Under the pieces are notes generated by a model. It did no database searches and was not told the DNA's origin. It worked only from the letters and a program-made list of their open reading frames with translations. DNA of 64,000 nt from Lingula anatina. Lineage: Eukaryota > Animalia > Brachiopoda. Shown here in pieces: positions 39,501-52,772 of the stretch. Where the stretch lies: positions 7,564,001-7,628,000 of the forward strand of contig CM120646.1 in assembly GCA_051362555.1 (NCBI GenBank), in the 5' to 3' direction. Within the stretch, counting starts at the first letter, position 1, and each line of letters begins with the position of its first letter. Both the position numbers and the translations under genes were made by a program.

Positions 39501-42500
39501 GAAATCTACACATATGACTTTTGGAAAGCCGTCTATAGAAATTTTTCCCGTAACTCCTTCTGTAGGGTAGATAATTAGCATTTAATTTTGCCATTTTTAG
39601 ACAAGGGTGCATTGCAATGAGTGCCACACCCAGACCCCAATACCGACAAAGCCCAAATTTTACGTGGAACGAGTTGAGATTATAGGTGACCTAAATCCAT
39701 GAGATGGGTACGGGGGCCCTTACCGTCTAGGAGGAGAAGCGGTAACGGTAACATGGCGGCGGAGCCGGCGGAACGGACCGGACGGGACCGAAACCATGTG
39801 TACCGCCAGCGCTAACGCTGGTGGTAAATTTTTTTGTTCAAATTTCAAAATAGTATCTCGAAATTTCGAGATAATTTTTTTTTCTACATATGGCACCAGT
39901 GGGCTTCCGTACATTTTCCTTTCACCACCAATATGTACTTTTTGATACAGCGTAACTCGAAAACCGTATGGAATACAAAAAAACCGAGACCACCTCCAGT
40001 GTTGGGCTTTACATGCTCTACAAAATGCAAAAAAGAATGGGTCTCTAGCATTAACGGTTCCCGAATTAGAGACAGTTTTCAGTTTCGGTATCTTATGGCC
40101 GCTACTCCTGTGAAAATGCACCGATTGACCCCAAATTCACGGAGATGAAAGATGACCTGAAGGGTAACACTTTCCAATAATATTATTGGTTAAGTCTGTG
40201 TGGTGTCTGAATAACAGGGCAAAAAAATTTTTTTTCGTAAAAAATTTCATTTTTTTGAAAATTTTGGCCCATTTGACCTTGAAGTAAAGGTCAAAGGTCA
40301 AATCCGAGGGTATATTTGAAATCTACACATATGACTTTTGGAAAGCCGTCTGTAGAAATTTTTCCCGTAACTCCTTCCGTAGGGTAGATAATTAGCATTT
40401 AATTTTGCCATTTTTGGACAAGGGTGCATTGCAATGAGTGCCACACCCAGACCCCAATACCGACAAAGCCCAAATTTTACGTGGAACGAGTTGAGATTAT
40501 AGGTGACCTAAATCCATGAGATGGGTATGGGGGGCCTTACCGTCTAGGAGGAGAAGCGGTAACGGTAGCCGTCCGGCGGAGCCGGCGGAGCCGGCGGAAC
40601 GATCCGGACGAGACCGAAACCATGTGTACCGCCAGCGCTAACGCTGGTGGTACAATTAAGTAGTAAAATGTGAAAAATCTTCACCTTTTAGTATGCATTT
40701 GGGTCATTGATTTATTTTGAGAAAAAAAAAAACATTAATTTAATCAAATCTTACCGGTTTCTTGTTAAAATCTTTCAGAAAAAAATTAAGCCAAAAGTGT
40801 CAATGGATAAATACGCAGAATAAGGATCTCTGTAATAATAAATTGAGTTTTTAAAAACTAGTGCTGCCATTTCCAATCAAAATTGAGAGGTACACAATTC
40901 AACAAACAAATCAAGACAGTATTCAAAATTCTTATCCCAAATCTATCTTTAGAAAAAATTAAGGTAATACCAAGGGAAAAAACAGTATTTATGTTAGCTT
41001 CTGCTGTTACTGTACTAGGTATAATGAATCATCAGCTTAATTTTGTCTTCAATTTTCTCTGAATACTGAACTTCTAAAATTATTCTTCAGCTTTGTTTTT
41101 CATCCAATTCCCACCTCTAGCCCTGTGTGTAGTTAATATTGCATGAAGACTGACCAAACCAGGTAAGTTAGGGCAAAGAACCGGTGCTCAATGAGGCATT
41201 GAAAAACCAGAAACAGGTAGTAAGTGATCTGTCCTAATAGAGTGACTGATTGTCTTCAGGTCATAGAGGAGACTTAACTTCTCTTCAACACCACAGGCTT
41301 TATGTTGTGTTGTTACAAAATATGGTGAGAGTTTAAAAAAGTCCCACGGAACAAGTTTTAAAATAAAGGCAAGCCTTGATTAAATCCTAAGGGAAAAGAA
41401 TAAAGTAATTGCCCTCTGAGAAGAGTAGTTATCAGTAAGACTCCATTCCCATTAGAGACCAATGGTCTATATGGATCCACCCAAGTTTGCAGGGATTCTC
41501 ACTTAGTGCAAGCTTAAAGATTAACAGGTTTCCCCCTGGCGTTAAGTAGGATACAGAAAAGCTAGTTATTATACAAGTTGGATAGAACCACAAAGAACTT
41601 TGGTGTCTTTAGGGGTGATAAAGCGAAGGATGTCAAATTTTCCAGAAAAAAATAGCTATATACATAAAGGTCTTATGCTGTGTACTTTAAAATCAAACAA
41701 ACTGTATAGTCAAGACAGAGTGCTATAGGACAGAATCGAATCCAGAATAGGGGTTAAGCTTGATAAAGGGGATAACAACTCTTCAAATGAGAATAAAATT
41801 TCCACAATAAATAAATTGCAAACAACACAAACAGGTATAATAAAATTCATCTTATTTTACCACCAAAATGGCAGCAATCGTCATTATTCTGAAATTTGTG
41901 CTTGCCATTGGACCACATGGACCTTCATAGATGGCTACTTTTTGTAGTAACCTCTTACAAAAACCACACTTTAAAAAAATACAATGGATTAACTTTGAAT
42001 GTTGGAATGGATTCATTAACAATTGGAAAGTATGGGAAAATTGTCATTTACCCCAGGAAAGTCAGTTTTATGGAACTTTTTCTACCAAAATAAAGAGTTG
42101 TCATACCTTTAAAGCCCTAGAAGTAAGAAAAAAAAGAAAAAAATCCCACAGCCATAACAGATCAATATCTAGGGTTTAACTCTCTATAAACCTATTGCTG
42201 GAATAAGTCATTTCCACTGTGAAGATACCCTTCATCTACTTACCAATATTGCAATGACCATCTTGTTAATAGCCTTGCTGTCATCATCAGATAACATATG
42301 GATGGAGTCGTCATCTGCATTATAATATCCAGTAGTGATGATCTTCACTTCTATTTTTCTTCCTGAGGATGTAAAATAAGTCACAATGAAATACTGTGGA
42401 CTAATTTAGAATTGCTGCTTTTGGGTGGAGATGCTTTATCCACAAAGTAACTTAAGACGGCAAGCTGATCTTAACTTTAAACCAAAATTAAAGTCAAATC

Positions 42501-44791
42501 TGACCTAAAACAAACAAGTAGTAGTCTAAGGCTCTATTCCCATAGATTTTAGATCGATCTATCCCCTCACTAGATTACTTTCAGATAATCCGACTTAAAT
42601 GTCCATCCCGCCTACTACAAGCTGTAAGGGGGTAATTAACTTTCGTGTCCGCCCGGCTGACAGCTATTTAGCGTGAACCCCCAGGGAGTTAGGTCGACCT
42701 AAAGTAGGTCAATCTAATCTATGGAAATGGGGTGTAAGTGAACTACACAATTGCCACAATCATAGATCAATACTTCCTTTATTTGTATTTTTTTGAATAC
42801 TGAAAGTATGTTGTGAATTGAAGGTAGTTCTGAATCATTTTTTTTTCTATAAGCAAAGCCCAAATTTTGTTCCAAAATTTTTATTGTGAAGCTGGCCCCT
42901 GCTGTAAATCAAACTAAAACCTGTCCGTACTCCTTGTACAGCTCTAACTGCTTCACTTAGAACTGCCTGTGTCCACAAACTGTCTGACTGTTGTCTAGTA
43001 AACTATGCAAGTCACTGCGACACACAATATATAGGTGTAATTTAATTGTTGTCTAGTAAACTATGCAAGTCACTGCCACACACAATATGTAGGTGTAATT
43101 TAAGAAATAAATGTTATTGCTGTAGCATCTCTCTACCTCTGAAATACAATGGAGTAGGCATAATCTCTAAAATGCATATATTGATTTACCTGTACAAATG
43201 ATCATATCTGAACCATGATATGTAGTCTGTGTTTACTCTTGATAAGCTGCAACCTAATTATTATCTCTGTCAATTAATGATGACTCTGAATTAGATAGAC
43301 TATCTAACATTATTGGGCTTTATGTCTTTGATATTTGATAGCCCAAATATTTAAGTGAGCACCTTTTAAAGCATAAGGCATCAAGTGTATAGAGTCCTTG
43401 TGTTCAAAGAAGCCAAACAATAATTCTGTCTTTGTGCATTGCAAAGCAAGGATATTTTAGCCTTTAGTTTTATATATTTTATATAAACAGGTACAGCACA
43501 TGAGTAAAATAATGCAAAAATGTCACTGTTATTTTGAAGTCATCAGATAAGTTTTTTTTTATGTATTTCAAGTTCAACCAACATCATTGCATTTATTTTC
43601 AGGAACTAAACATTTGTTAATTGTTTATTTATCATTTTCACTTTTCTTAATATTCTAGTTTCACGCAATGGTTCTATGGCATATGTTTTACATTTGGAAT
43701 GGTTCTCAGGTGTTGGAAAAGACTAACAATTTGGATGACTTGCTAGTGGCTTGGGACTGTTAATTTGAATTTTCCATTAAAATAAAATAGTAAGTTCATT
43801 GAATATTGCCTGGACTTTTCTGAGACAAATTTGTGTTACATAGGGGACTACTTCTCTTTCTAGTTTTTCTAAATCAATATGCATTATGAATTCTTATAAA
43901 AGTCTTAAATTTGTCACATTTAAACATAAATTGAACCTGTATTTTAAGTAATTTCTTTCATTATTATCATTATCATTAACTTTTATCTGAAATATTATAC
44001 CTGACCAAAATTAAAGACAAATCAGACCTAAAAAAGTTTTAAAAACATAAAGCAGACCTGAATGAGAAACAAATTACTACTGACCCCCAGTATCAAATCC
44101 TGCTTTCTGCAGCTGTTCCTGTATTCCAGACTGGAGCTTTTGTGTCACGGGGTCTATAGCACTGTCTTGGGGTTTTCTTTTCCCAGAAGTGACTTTGACA
44201 CGCCATCTGTCTTCTCCTTAAAATCCATGAAAAAAATGAATTATGAATTCTTTATCACATTACCGATTTTGTCCTGAATTTTTTTTTAACCAGGGATTCT
44301 TTAACATGTCCAAAAATCAGGTACAAGTTCTTTCTTTTTTTTTCTTTGTGCCAAAGAAAAGTTGATGGATGACAGTAGGATACTATGTATGAAGCTACAC
44401 AATCAAATGACAGGTAGCTAAGAAGGCCGGTCTACAAAAAAAGTAAGTGTAGTTTAACATCATTATCAACTTCTAGTTCACAACACATTGTGACATAACA
44501 TGTTTACTTTTATATTGTTATTGTACATAACACTGCTTGACAAAATTGCTGGATGTAAAGTTACGTTCTTTCAGTGGTTAAAAAACAGTATGTTGAACTG
44601 TATGTGAAAAGGAAATGACAGCCCTACCTTTGCTTTGACGGTCTTTTGATTTAACTGCTGACTCTGAGGTCTCCAACTTGTCTAAAAAGAAAAAAAAAAA
44701 AAAGAAAAAGATAATTAAACTGATGTCTTACTTTTAGTGTAATCTGGGGGTGGGGGTTATATTCCATTTGATAAGGTCTAATAAAGGCTTG

Positions 44792-44826
<35 letters not shown>

Positions 44827-47800
44827 CCAAAGTTATTGCTAATGCTGCAAAATATTTCTAATGGCACAAGTGCAACCAAATTCTACACCATATTTCATGC
44901 CATACAAAAAGCTGTGTTAAAATACAGAGACATTAATGACCTACCTGTCTCCTCAGGTGGTTGGTCATCCAGTCTTTTTAACAGCTTGGTCAGTGTAGTG
45001 GACAGACTCTGGATGGCAACATCTCTGTCCAAACCCTGGACATCCTCTCCCTCTCCGGCCAGTTCACGCTCAGCCTGGAATGCCAAGTCATTCAAACAAA
45101 ATAAAAACAATTTTTAAAGTGACTTTATTTTATGATGGCGGTGATCAGGTCAGGGCTTGACATTTCTGCTGACATCATCTGAATGGCACAGGTGATTTCT
45201 AGAATTGGGCAACTAGAATTAAAGTCATGTTGAAGACTGGAATGTCTGATGTAAAATGGATTTTAGAAACCCATAAACTACTTGATAATTTTAATCCCTC
45301 CCCTCTCCAAAATTCCTAAAAGTTTGATTTTGGAGTGGGGCAAGTAGATTTTTAGATTTTACTTGCCCAAAAAGGGCAAGTGTCTGAAAATAATTTATGT
45401 CAAGCCTTCCTGATAAGAAAAACAAATAAAACAGCATTGTAATATCAATATAAAGTGAAGCAAACTTTCCACCTGCTGGTCTGTGTATAAATCATAATGT
45501 TACTTCTAATAAAGTTAGGATCAACATAAATCTCTCCCTCCCCCACATTTCATCAGACTGTCAAAAAGAAGCCAGAAATATGATTTCATTTACTAAAAGT
45601 ATTTCATTTTTTTTTTGCACCAGTCATTTGTCCAATGAAAGTATGGGAAATAATTATAACAATAATTATAGCAAACACTGAGACATCTGCACTCATGTTA
45701 CTAGTACACAGATGACACTGTGAAAATAGTGCCTCACAGCTTGAGCCTCTTACCTCATCTACAATATCATTAAATTGGGCTGACATAGCTTTACGAATGT
45801 TTTCTTTTCTATTTGCTACCCCTGCCATATCATCAGCGCCAAGACCAAGATCCTCCAAACCTGGGATTAAAGTAAAACACAACTATGTTTATATCAGATA
45901 TTAATTACTGTTCTCTGAGAAAGAGGACTTTGACAGATATTCTGATATTTCTGCAAAAGGAAGACTGATTTATACCATACAGCATTTCAATTTTGATTAA
46001 AAAAGTGACTGGATTCCTAGTCCAACTTAAGGAGACTATGCCACTTCAGCTATGTCAAATTAAGCTTAAAACAATCGTCATACTTATTTTTACTTCTATA
46101 CAAACAATTTTCAGAGCAGAAGAAGAAATGATGACTGAATGGCATTATTCTAAGCTGTGACTAACCTTTAGTAAACTGCTCCTCTGTGGCATCTGGATCT
46201 TCTTCTTCCTCTTCCACCTCACCCTTTTCACTTTTTCCACCCTTTTTCATATTTTTGTTAGCTTTATTAATAACTTTCATCAAATTTTTGTAAAATTTCT
46301 GGGTCTCCTCGTCCATTTCACCCGAAATGTCATCCTCACTCTCGGAGTTCATATTCTGACCACCAGGTGTCTCTGAAGGCTTCCCTTGCTCTGAACTTGG
46401 TGGAGGTTCTGGAATGTCTTGATCCAAGATTTGAGCATCTGGTCCACTTTGTTTTGATTGCTGACCATCCACAACTGCCTCGTTTCCCTTGCCAATTTCC
46501 TTCTTAAGATCATGATTAATCTGATTATCACTTGTGATTTGTCTTTCTTGATTGTCACTTTCATCTTCCTTTTCCTCATCTTTCACGGGACTATCTACTT
46601 TCTGAGCTTGACCTGCAGTGTCTGCTTTATTCTGAATGCTGAAGTATTCTGATACAAATTGCTGAAAGTCAGCCATATCCTTAATCTCCCTGAGTTCTGG
46701 TACTTGAGAACCTGAAAGATTGGTCAAATAACATTATGTTAGTTATCTATATGTGAAACAAGGGATCCAACAGTATTTCCCCTGCAACGTTTTGTCTCAT
46801 TTAACGTCACTTACGGTTCTCAATCTGTCTAAGAACATAATTTTTTTTTTATTTAATAAAAACTTTCCTTAATCTGTTCTTGGACATTCTGAAGGACTTC
46901 CCCTATACAGTTCTCGACCTGTTACATCATTCATTATAGACCAACATTAGAACTGTATAAAAAATACACCAAATGTTCTAAAATTGACTGAGAATCATAA
47001 GTGAATGTCAAAAGAAACAAATTTTTGCAGGGGTTGATATCAATGCAGGGGGGGGATAGACAATTCACAATGAAGCCCCTTGGCCAACAGCTAATCCTTC
47101 CAGCATTACCGTTAAAGATGCATACTAGTACAAAGTCAATTTTTTGTTACAAAAACCAACCAAATGCCAGCATATAGTTTCAAGTAGTATAACTAAGAGA
47201 AGTACCAAAATGCATTGTTTAATTTTACCAGAAAATGATGTTTGAACGGATTTTTCTGTTGGCATTCTAAGCTGTATGTCAATGGGGCAGGAAAGTAGGT
47301 CACGAAAGTAGGTTAAATTTACAACCAAAAATTTAAAGAAAGGAGCAGTCTAAAGCTCTTTTATGGCTGATCGAGTGATCTATTCAGTTTATCCCTTGGC
47401 ATGTCGAATTTATTTGAGTCATATAAGAATCTAGTAGAAGTGGTATACATGTGTTACTGGGAATCCACACTCCACTGATGCTCGGTTCGTATGTACCTTT
47501 AAGAAAATATTTTACAATTCCATAAAAGTATCATTGAAAAGCAACTTTACCAATGCCAAATTGTTTCTCAAACTTCTTAGTCAATACATCTGTCAAAATT
47601 TTCCTAAGTTTTGGCTGCAGTGTGTTCTGGTCCTCTGTGACAGGGGGTGGGTCTGTCTTCTCTGCATCTTCAGAGGCTAGATATAATAACAAACATTATA
47701 ACTCAATCAATTCCTGCTTTAGAATATAATATTATGTTTTTGTGTTATTATTTATTATCATAAATAAACCATCACGAACACTTGTTTGATAGCCTGCTTT

Positions 47801-49658
47801 GCAGTATGAGTGAGTTTGAATTAAGCGATATGTCCAAAAATACAATTCTGAAAAATGTATGCTGAGAAAAAAAAAAAAAGAAAGAAACTATATAATTTAG
47901 AAAATGACTTACACTTGGTAACTTTAAAAGTGTCTCATGATATGTGATGCATTGCTAAATGAAATGTTCTGTTCACTTTACTGTTTCGATCAGTTCAATG
48001 TAGAACTGATCGTAAGTACTGGATAATACATGAAACTGTTTTTATGCAGCACTGTCAAATTCTTCATACATATATGCAGCACAGTCACTTGTACATATAT
48101 AATAATGAATTTTTGCTGATAATCCCTTGCACTTTCTTTTATTTTTCAATCATTTATACCCCTTATAAAAATCAATATCCTATAAATTTCATCTTGAGTA
48201 TTATATTAGAGCGATTAATTGAATTTGTTCAAATCCTTTTGAATTGTGGGGTAGAAATAAATTCATCCCTTTGATAAAATATTCTTTTCTTGTAAAACAA
48301 ACACAACCTGCTAAAGGTGTCCAATGAACACTGAAGCAACTTAAGTGAGGAAAAGTCCATATTTGTGTAAAAGAAAACATTACGATAGTTTAAAATCCTA
48401 CAGCATCCACTTGGAGGTTCAAAGTTGACTGCCAAACTTTACCGTCTTGTTGTAACTTCTCCATCCTTTCCATCTCTTCCTCAAGCTTTTGCTTTTTCTT
48501 CTCTGCCATTTGCAAAGCCAAAATGTGCTTCAGCTCTTCTGCTTTTCTTTGCTCTGTAATTTGCAACAAATGAATATCAAGACAACTAATCAACTTTATT
48601 TAAAAGATATATAATGTTTTATGTTTCTGGATCAAACTATTTAGGTTTCCGGATCAAACTTATTAATATGTCTCTATGAATTGTTGATTATTTTCAGAAA
48701 AGGATACACGACCGATAATTTATGTTTGAAAACTTCAAACTAAGTAGACATTTTTAGTTAATAAGTGATACATGAAAATAATGAATATTGTAAATTACAG
48801 GTTCAAATAATATAATTGTAATAACAGAGAAAACATGTTTACATATATTCTCTTTTCAATGCATTATTATCTATTTTTTTTTCATTTCAGTTCAATATCT
48901 ATTTCAATAATACAACTTAATCATTAAAGAGCACATACTTTCAATTTAAAAAGTTCTTCTACTCTACACTAAATAACATTCTGCAAGTTAGGTAGAACCC
49001 CGTATATGACATGAGGCAATTGCCAGTAACATGTACAAATTGTCCATTTAAACATGATGTTTCTCTATTATAATGATCATAACTTGCACCATTCAAGACT
49101 CTCTTACTCTCTTGTTCCTGTGTGTATTCAGAGTATTGCTCATCAGTCAGCAGTGGATTACATGTAATAGGTAATGGTTTCTGTGAGCTAGGAGAGCGCA
49201 GGTAGGGGTGGTGGCAGATCTTGTTGGTGTGGACCACTATGGTATACACGCAGGTCTGGGGCTCGTGGACGCTCACCACATGGTCCCCTGTGCCTTCGTC
49301 ACAGAGAAACTGGAAAATGAAAAAGTTTTGTTTGTCACTTGATTATTTTTTCAATTTGTCGCCACTAAGCCTTCATCACCTAGAAGTTGCGAATCTATAA
49401 TTTTTTAATATTAAAATATCGGACTTCCTCATTTTGAAAATTGCCTTCATCAGAAAGCATGTGGAAACTGGACTATGTTTGAACATTGTAATAATGAGCT
49501 GAAACATTTATCGAAACAGTCCCTTCATATTAAAACTGGTTAAACAGAGTATGCTCTCTTAAACATTATAATCTGCACTGTTTCCAGCTGTAATTAGATT
49601 ACCAATTATGTTATTGTGACCAGTCATATTTGGCACCTTTTTACCAGGGCATTTAGCA

Positions 49659-49733
<75 letters not shown>

Positions 49734-52718
49734 GACAATAAAGTCAATACAAATGAAAAAGTGCTCCACCCATGGTGGCGGCCCGTGGGGAGCTAGTATA
49801 AAATCAAGGATACGAATAAATTAGACTTATCTCTCCATTTTATTAAAATAATAAAATGGAGAGATAAGTCTAATTTATTTGTATCCTTGATTTTATAATA
49901 TATATATGACAGTATAATAACTTACCCTGACCTCTGACCTCCTGGGGACCCCAGTGAGGTCACAGTTGGAGCCATTCACATACTGCTGACTATGGTAACG
50001 GTTAAGTCTGTTCTTGGCATCCTGGAAAGATTTTGTCATTATAACAGTTACTTCAAACAGATGAAACAAAACTGAGTGCTTCTTGTGTATTGTCTGCTGA
50101 AAAATATGAGACTTGCAAATAATAAAGATACTACAAATGTACAGACAAATGTACAGACTTTTAGCTTTCCCAATTTTAGAAATTAGATTATCATCTCCAT
50201 TAAATAACAAGACTATTACATATATTGGCATGGCCTTATTTAAGGGTTGCACATTTAAAAAAACTAACTTTATTACTTCTGGCAAAGAAACAACAAATAG
50301 GAACAATAAGAGTACTAGATATCAGCAATGGCAACCAAAGTTGAATCAACAAAAGGCATAGAAAAACATATTCAAGGATTTATAATTTTATTAATAATAT
50401 GTTTATTTCATAAATTTTCTGGCAGGGAAATGACAACATCTATTACATCACTTCAGAATGTTGTACATGTCTGAAAGTCATGATTTAGTACATTTGGTCA
50501 GTACTTGTGCCACTTTTAATATATTTAATGTGTTCACAGATACTATAATTACCTTTTTAATAGTTTCATTGTTCCAGTCAAATTCAGACTCATAATGACC
50601 TAGAAATATCTCAATACCAACTGGTTTACCATCTGAAAGTAAAAATGGCTATTTAAGAACTGGGGTTGTTCGGCAGTATACTTCCCCACTGTGAAATTTC
50701 GGCCGGTATATCTTGGAGATCAACTTTACAAGCAACGGCATTTGTAAGGACACCAGAGAGAGAAAATATATTTAGGAGCGGTAAAGTAGTTCAGGTTGGA
50801 AAGATTAAAAACACAAGTTATCAATTTTTAAATACCAAACATAAAGAAACCTTTACCCTAGCTAGTCAGATACTTGATGCTACATACCCTATATGTTTTT
50901 AACTTTTTTTTTGCAGAAATCTAAAAAAAATGTAGAATTGTTGTGTTAACCATTGCACCTCAACAGAATAATTCAAATCCCAAGAGGTGTGATCTAAACA
51001 TGACATGTCTACTTATTATGTACTTTAAGGGCTGTGCATTCTTACCTTCCATATGGTATTGTTTTATAAACTTCCCATAGCAAAACTCATATGTCCACCA
51101 ATCCTTTCTCTGAAAATGAAAATTCCTTTACTAATATGTGTTTTGTTTGATAATGACAATTCTCTGTGTACCAAGTACATTTCACAAAGTCATTTAAATA
51201 TTTGTATATAGCCAAGTAATGATAAACAGATTCCATAAATTTTAAGAAAAGGTCCATGCTTTAGTTTTTTGACTAAAAACATTATTGTAATGGTTTAAAT
51301 CAAGAAATCATAAAAAAAGAAGAAAGAAGATGCAGGTTTGCAATGCAACCAAATAATTCCTTACATAAACCAAGCACGGACTGTTCTCCAATGGACGTAG
51401 CAACTCTGGAATCCCAGTCTCAATGGCAATTTTCTCTTCTTCCTCTTTCTGTTTCTCCTGCTGTGAATGGTCTGGAAAGCTACACTGATACTGCTGGCCA
51501 TGTTTGGAGCTCAGCACCATCACATCGCCATCTGCAGCCTGAAGGGGAGGTTTATAACTTCAATTTCTGACAGTTGAATTTGATGCCTCGCATTGCCTTT
51601 ACATATTCATTCATTTTTAATCTTTTACATATCTGCCTATGTTGGATGTAAGTGCCAGATTCCTTGCTTTATATAAACAAGGTGTAAGTGCTAGATTCCT
51701 TGTTTTAGCTATACCAGTTGTGAGTAGTTTTCATTACTTGCGTGAGTAGCGCGCCTGTTTTGAATGTTACCGAGTCATAATGCTACAGGATTTTGTACAA
51801 GAAGGGTCTCTCCTGCAGTTAACCGTATTTCCCAACGTAGTATGGTGTATTGTACATAACAGTTCAATGGAAAAATCATAATATTATGTACCATGATGAC
51901 ATGATGACATGCATGATGACATGCTGAAATGCTACTTGCTGATATGTTGACTTGTCCATTTGGAAATATAAAGCTTGAGTTACATAAACTCTCCGTTGTC
52001 TCAACGATTTCACAGTGGAGCTACAGCCGTATTTACATCAATGCACCATCACTATCCAACTCAACCTCTCCCCCCCCCCCCCAGCCCACAATATTATACT
52101 TTTCTATCATTCCCTTCCACCACTGTTACTCAGCCCAAGTACTGTAACATAATTTATGACTTGGGAGGCGTCTCGATAGTCTGAAGTTTCATTGGTCCAA
52201 AAAATAGTAACATTTCCATCAATTTTTTAATCAAGGGTTCATTGATCTGAATGTTCACCATAAAGCCTTTGGACCAATGAACCTTTTGACTATTTAGCCT
52301 TTAGACTATTGCTATGGCCCCATGACAAGACTTTATGATTTTATGACATTATGATTCAAACTGATACTTTTTCACACCATTACTTGGTACACTCACACCA
52401 GTATGAACTGATTTCACCACAACCACTTCCAGAACTACAAACACAAAGCCTACACAACTGGAAGTGAGTGCACGGATAACTTTGTTCAGCTTGAGGAACA
52501 ATGCCAAACATTACTAACATTTCATAAATATGTACAGTACCTACAGGTCAGTACAAGAGAGCCCAAACTCTCCAACTAATCCATACTAATAGCAAACTTC
52601 GACAGCAAGCTTCATGCTTTAAAGATATGTACTGAGTACTTCTGTACAGTTTTAACAGCTGTCCACAAATAGCACAACAAAGCAAGCTCCTATTTTACTG
52701 GTGTTACTGTGTGTGTGT

Positions 52719-52772
<54 letters not shown>

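Larger units (their letters stand above)
37066..40656 (-). mobile_element. Non-autonomous Helentron/DINE-1-like (HINE) element with internal satellite, in OS9 intron 14
   Basis: Asymmetric 14-bp subterminal inverted repeats ATTGTACCACCAGC (37102-37115) and GCTGGTGGTACAAT (40643-40656). Stem-loop GAGGCG-atac-CGCCTC near the left end. Palindrome CCGCCAGCG-ctaa-CGCTGGTGG and (GGCGGAGCC)n simple repeat near the right end. No TSD. A second copy at 55391-57128 has the same boundaries. Confidence 0.8.

Noticed and set aside
38871-40148. Duplicated 104-133 aa ORFs
   Set aside because: They lie within non-autonomous transposon arms and a palindromic MITE, with no recognisable protein features.
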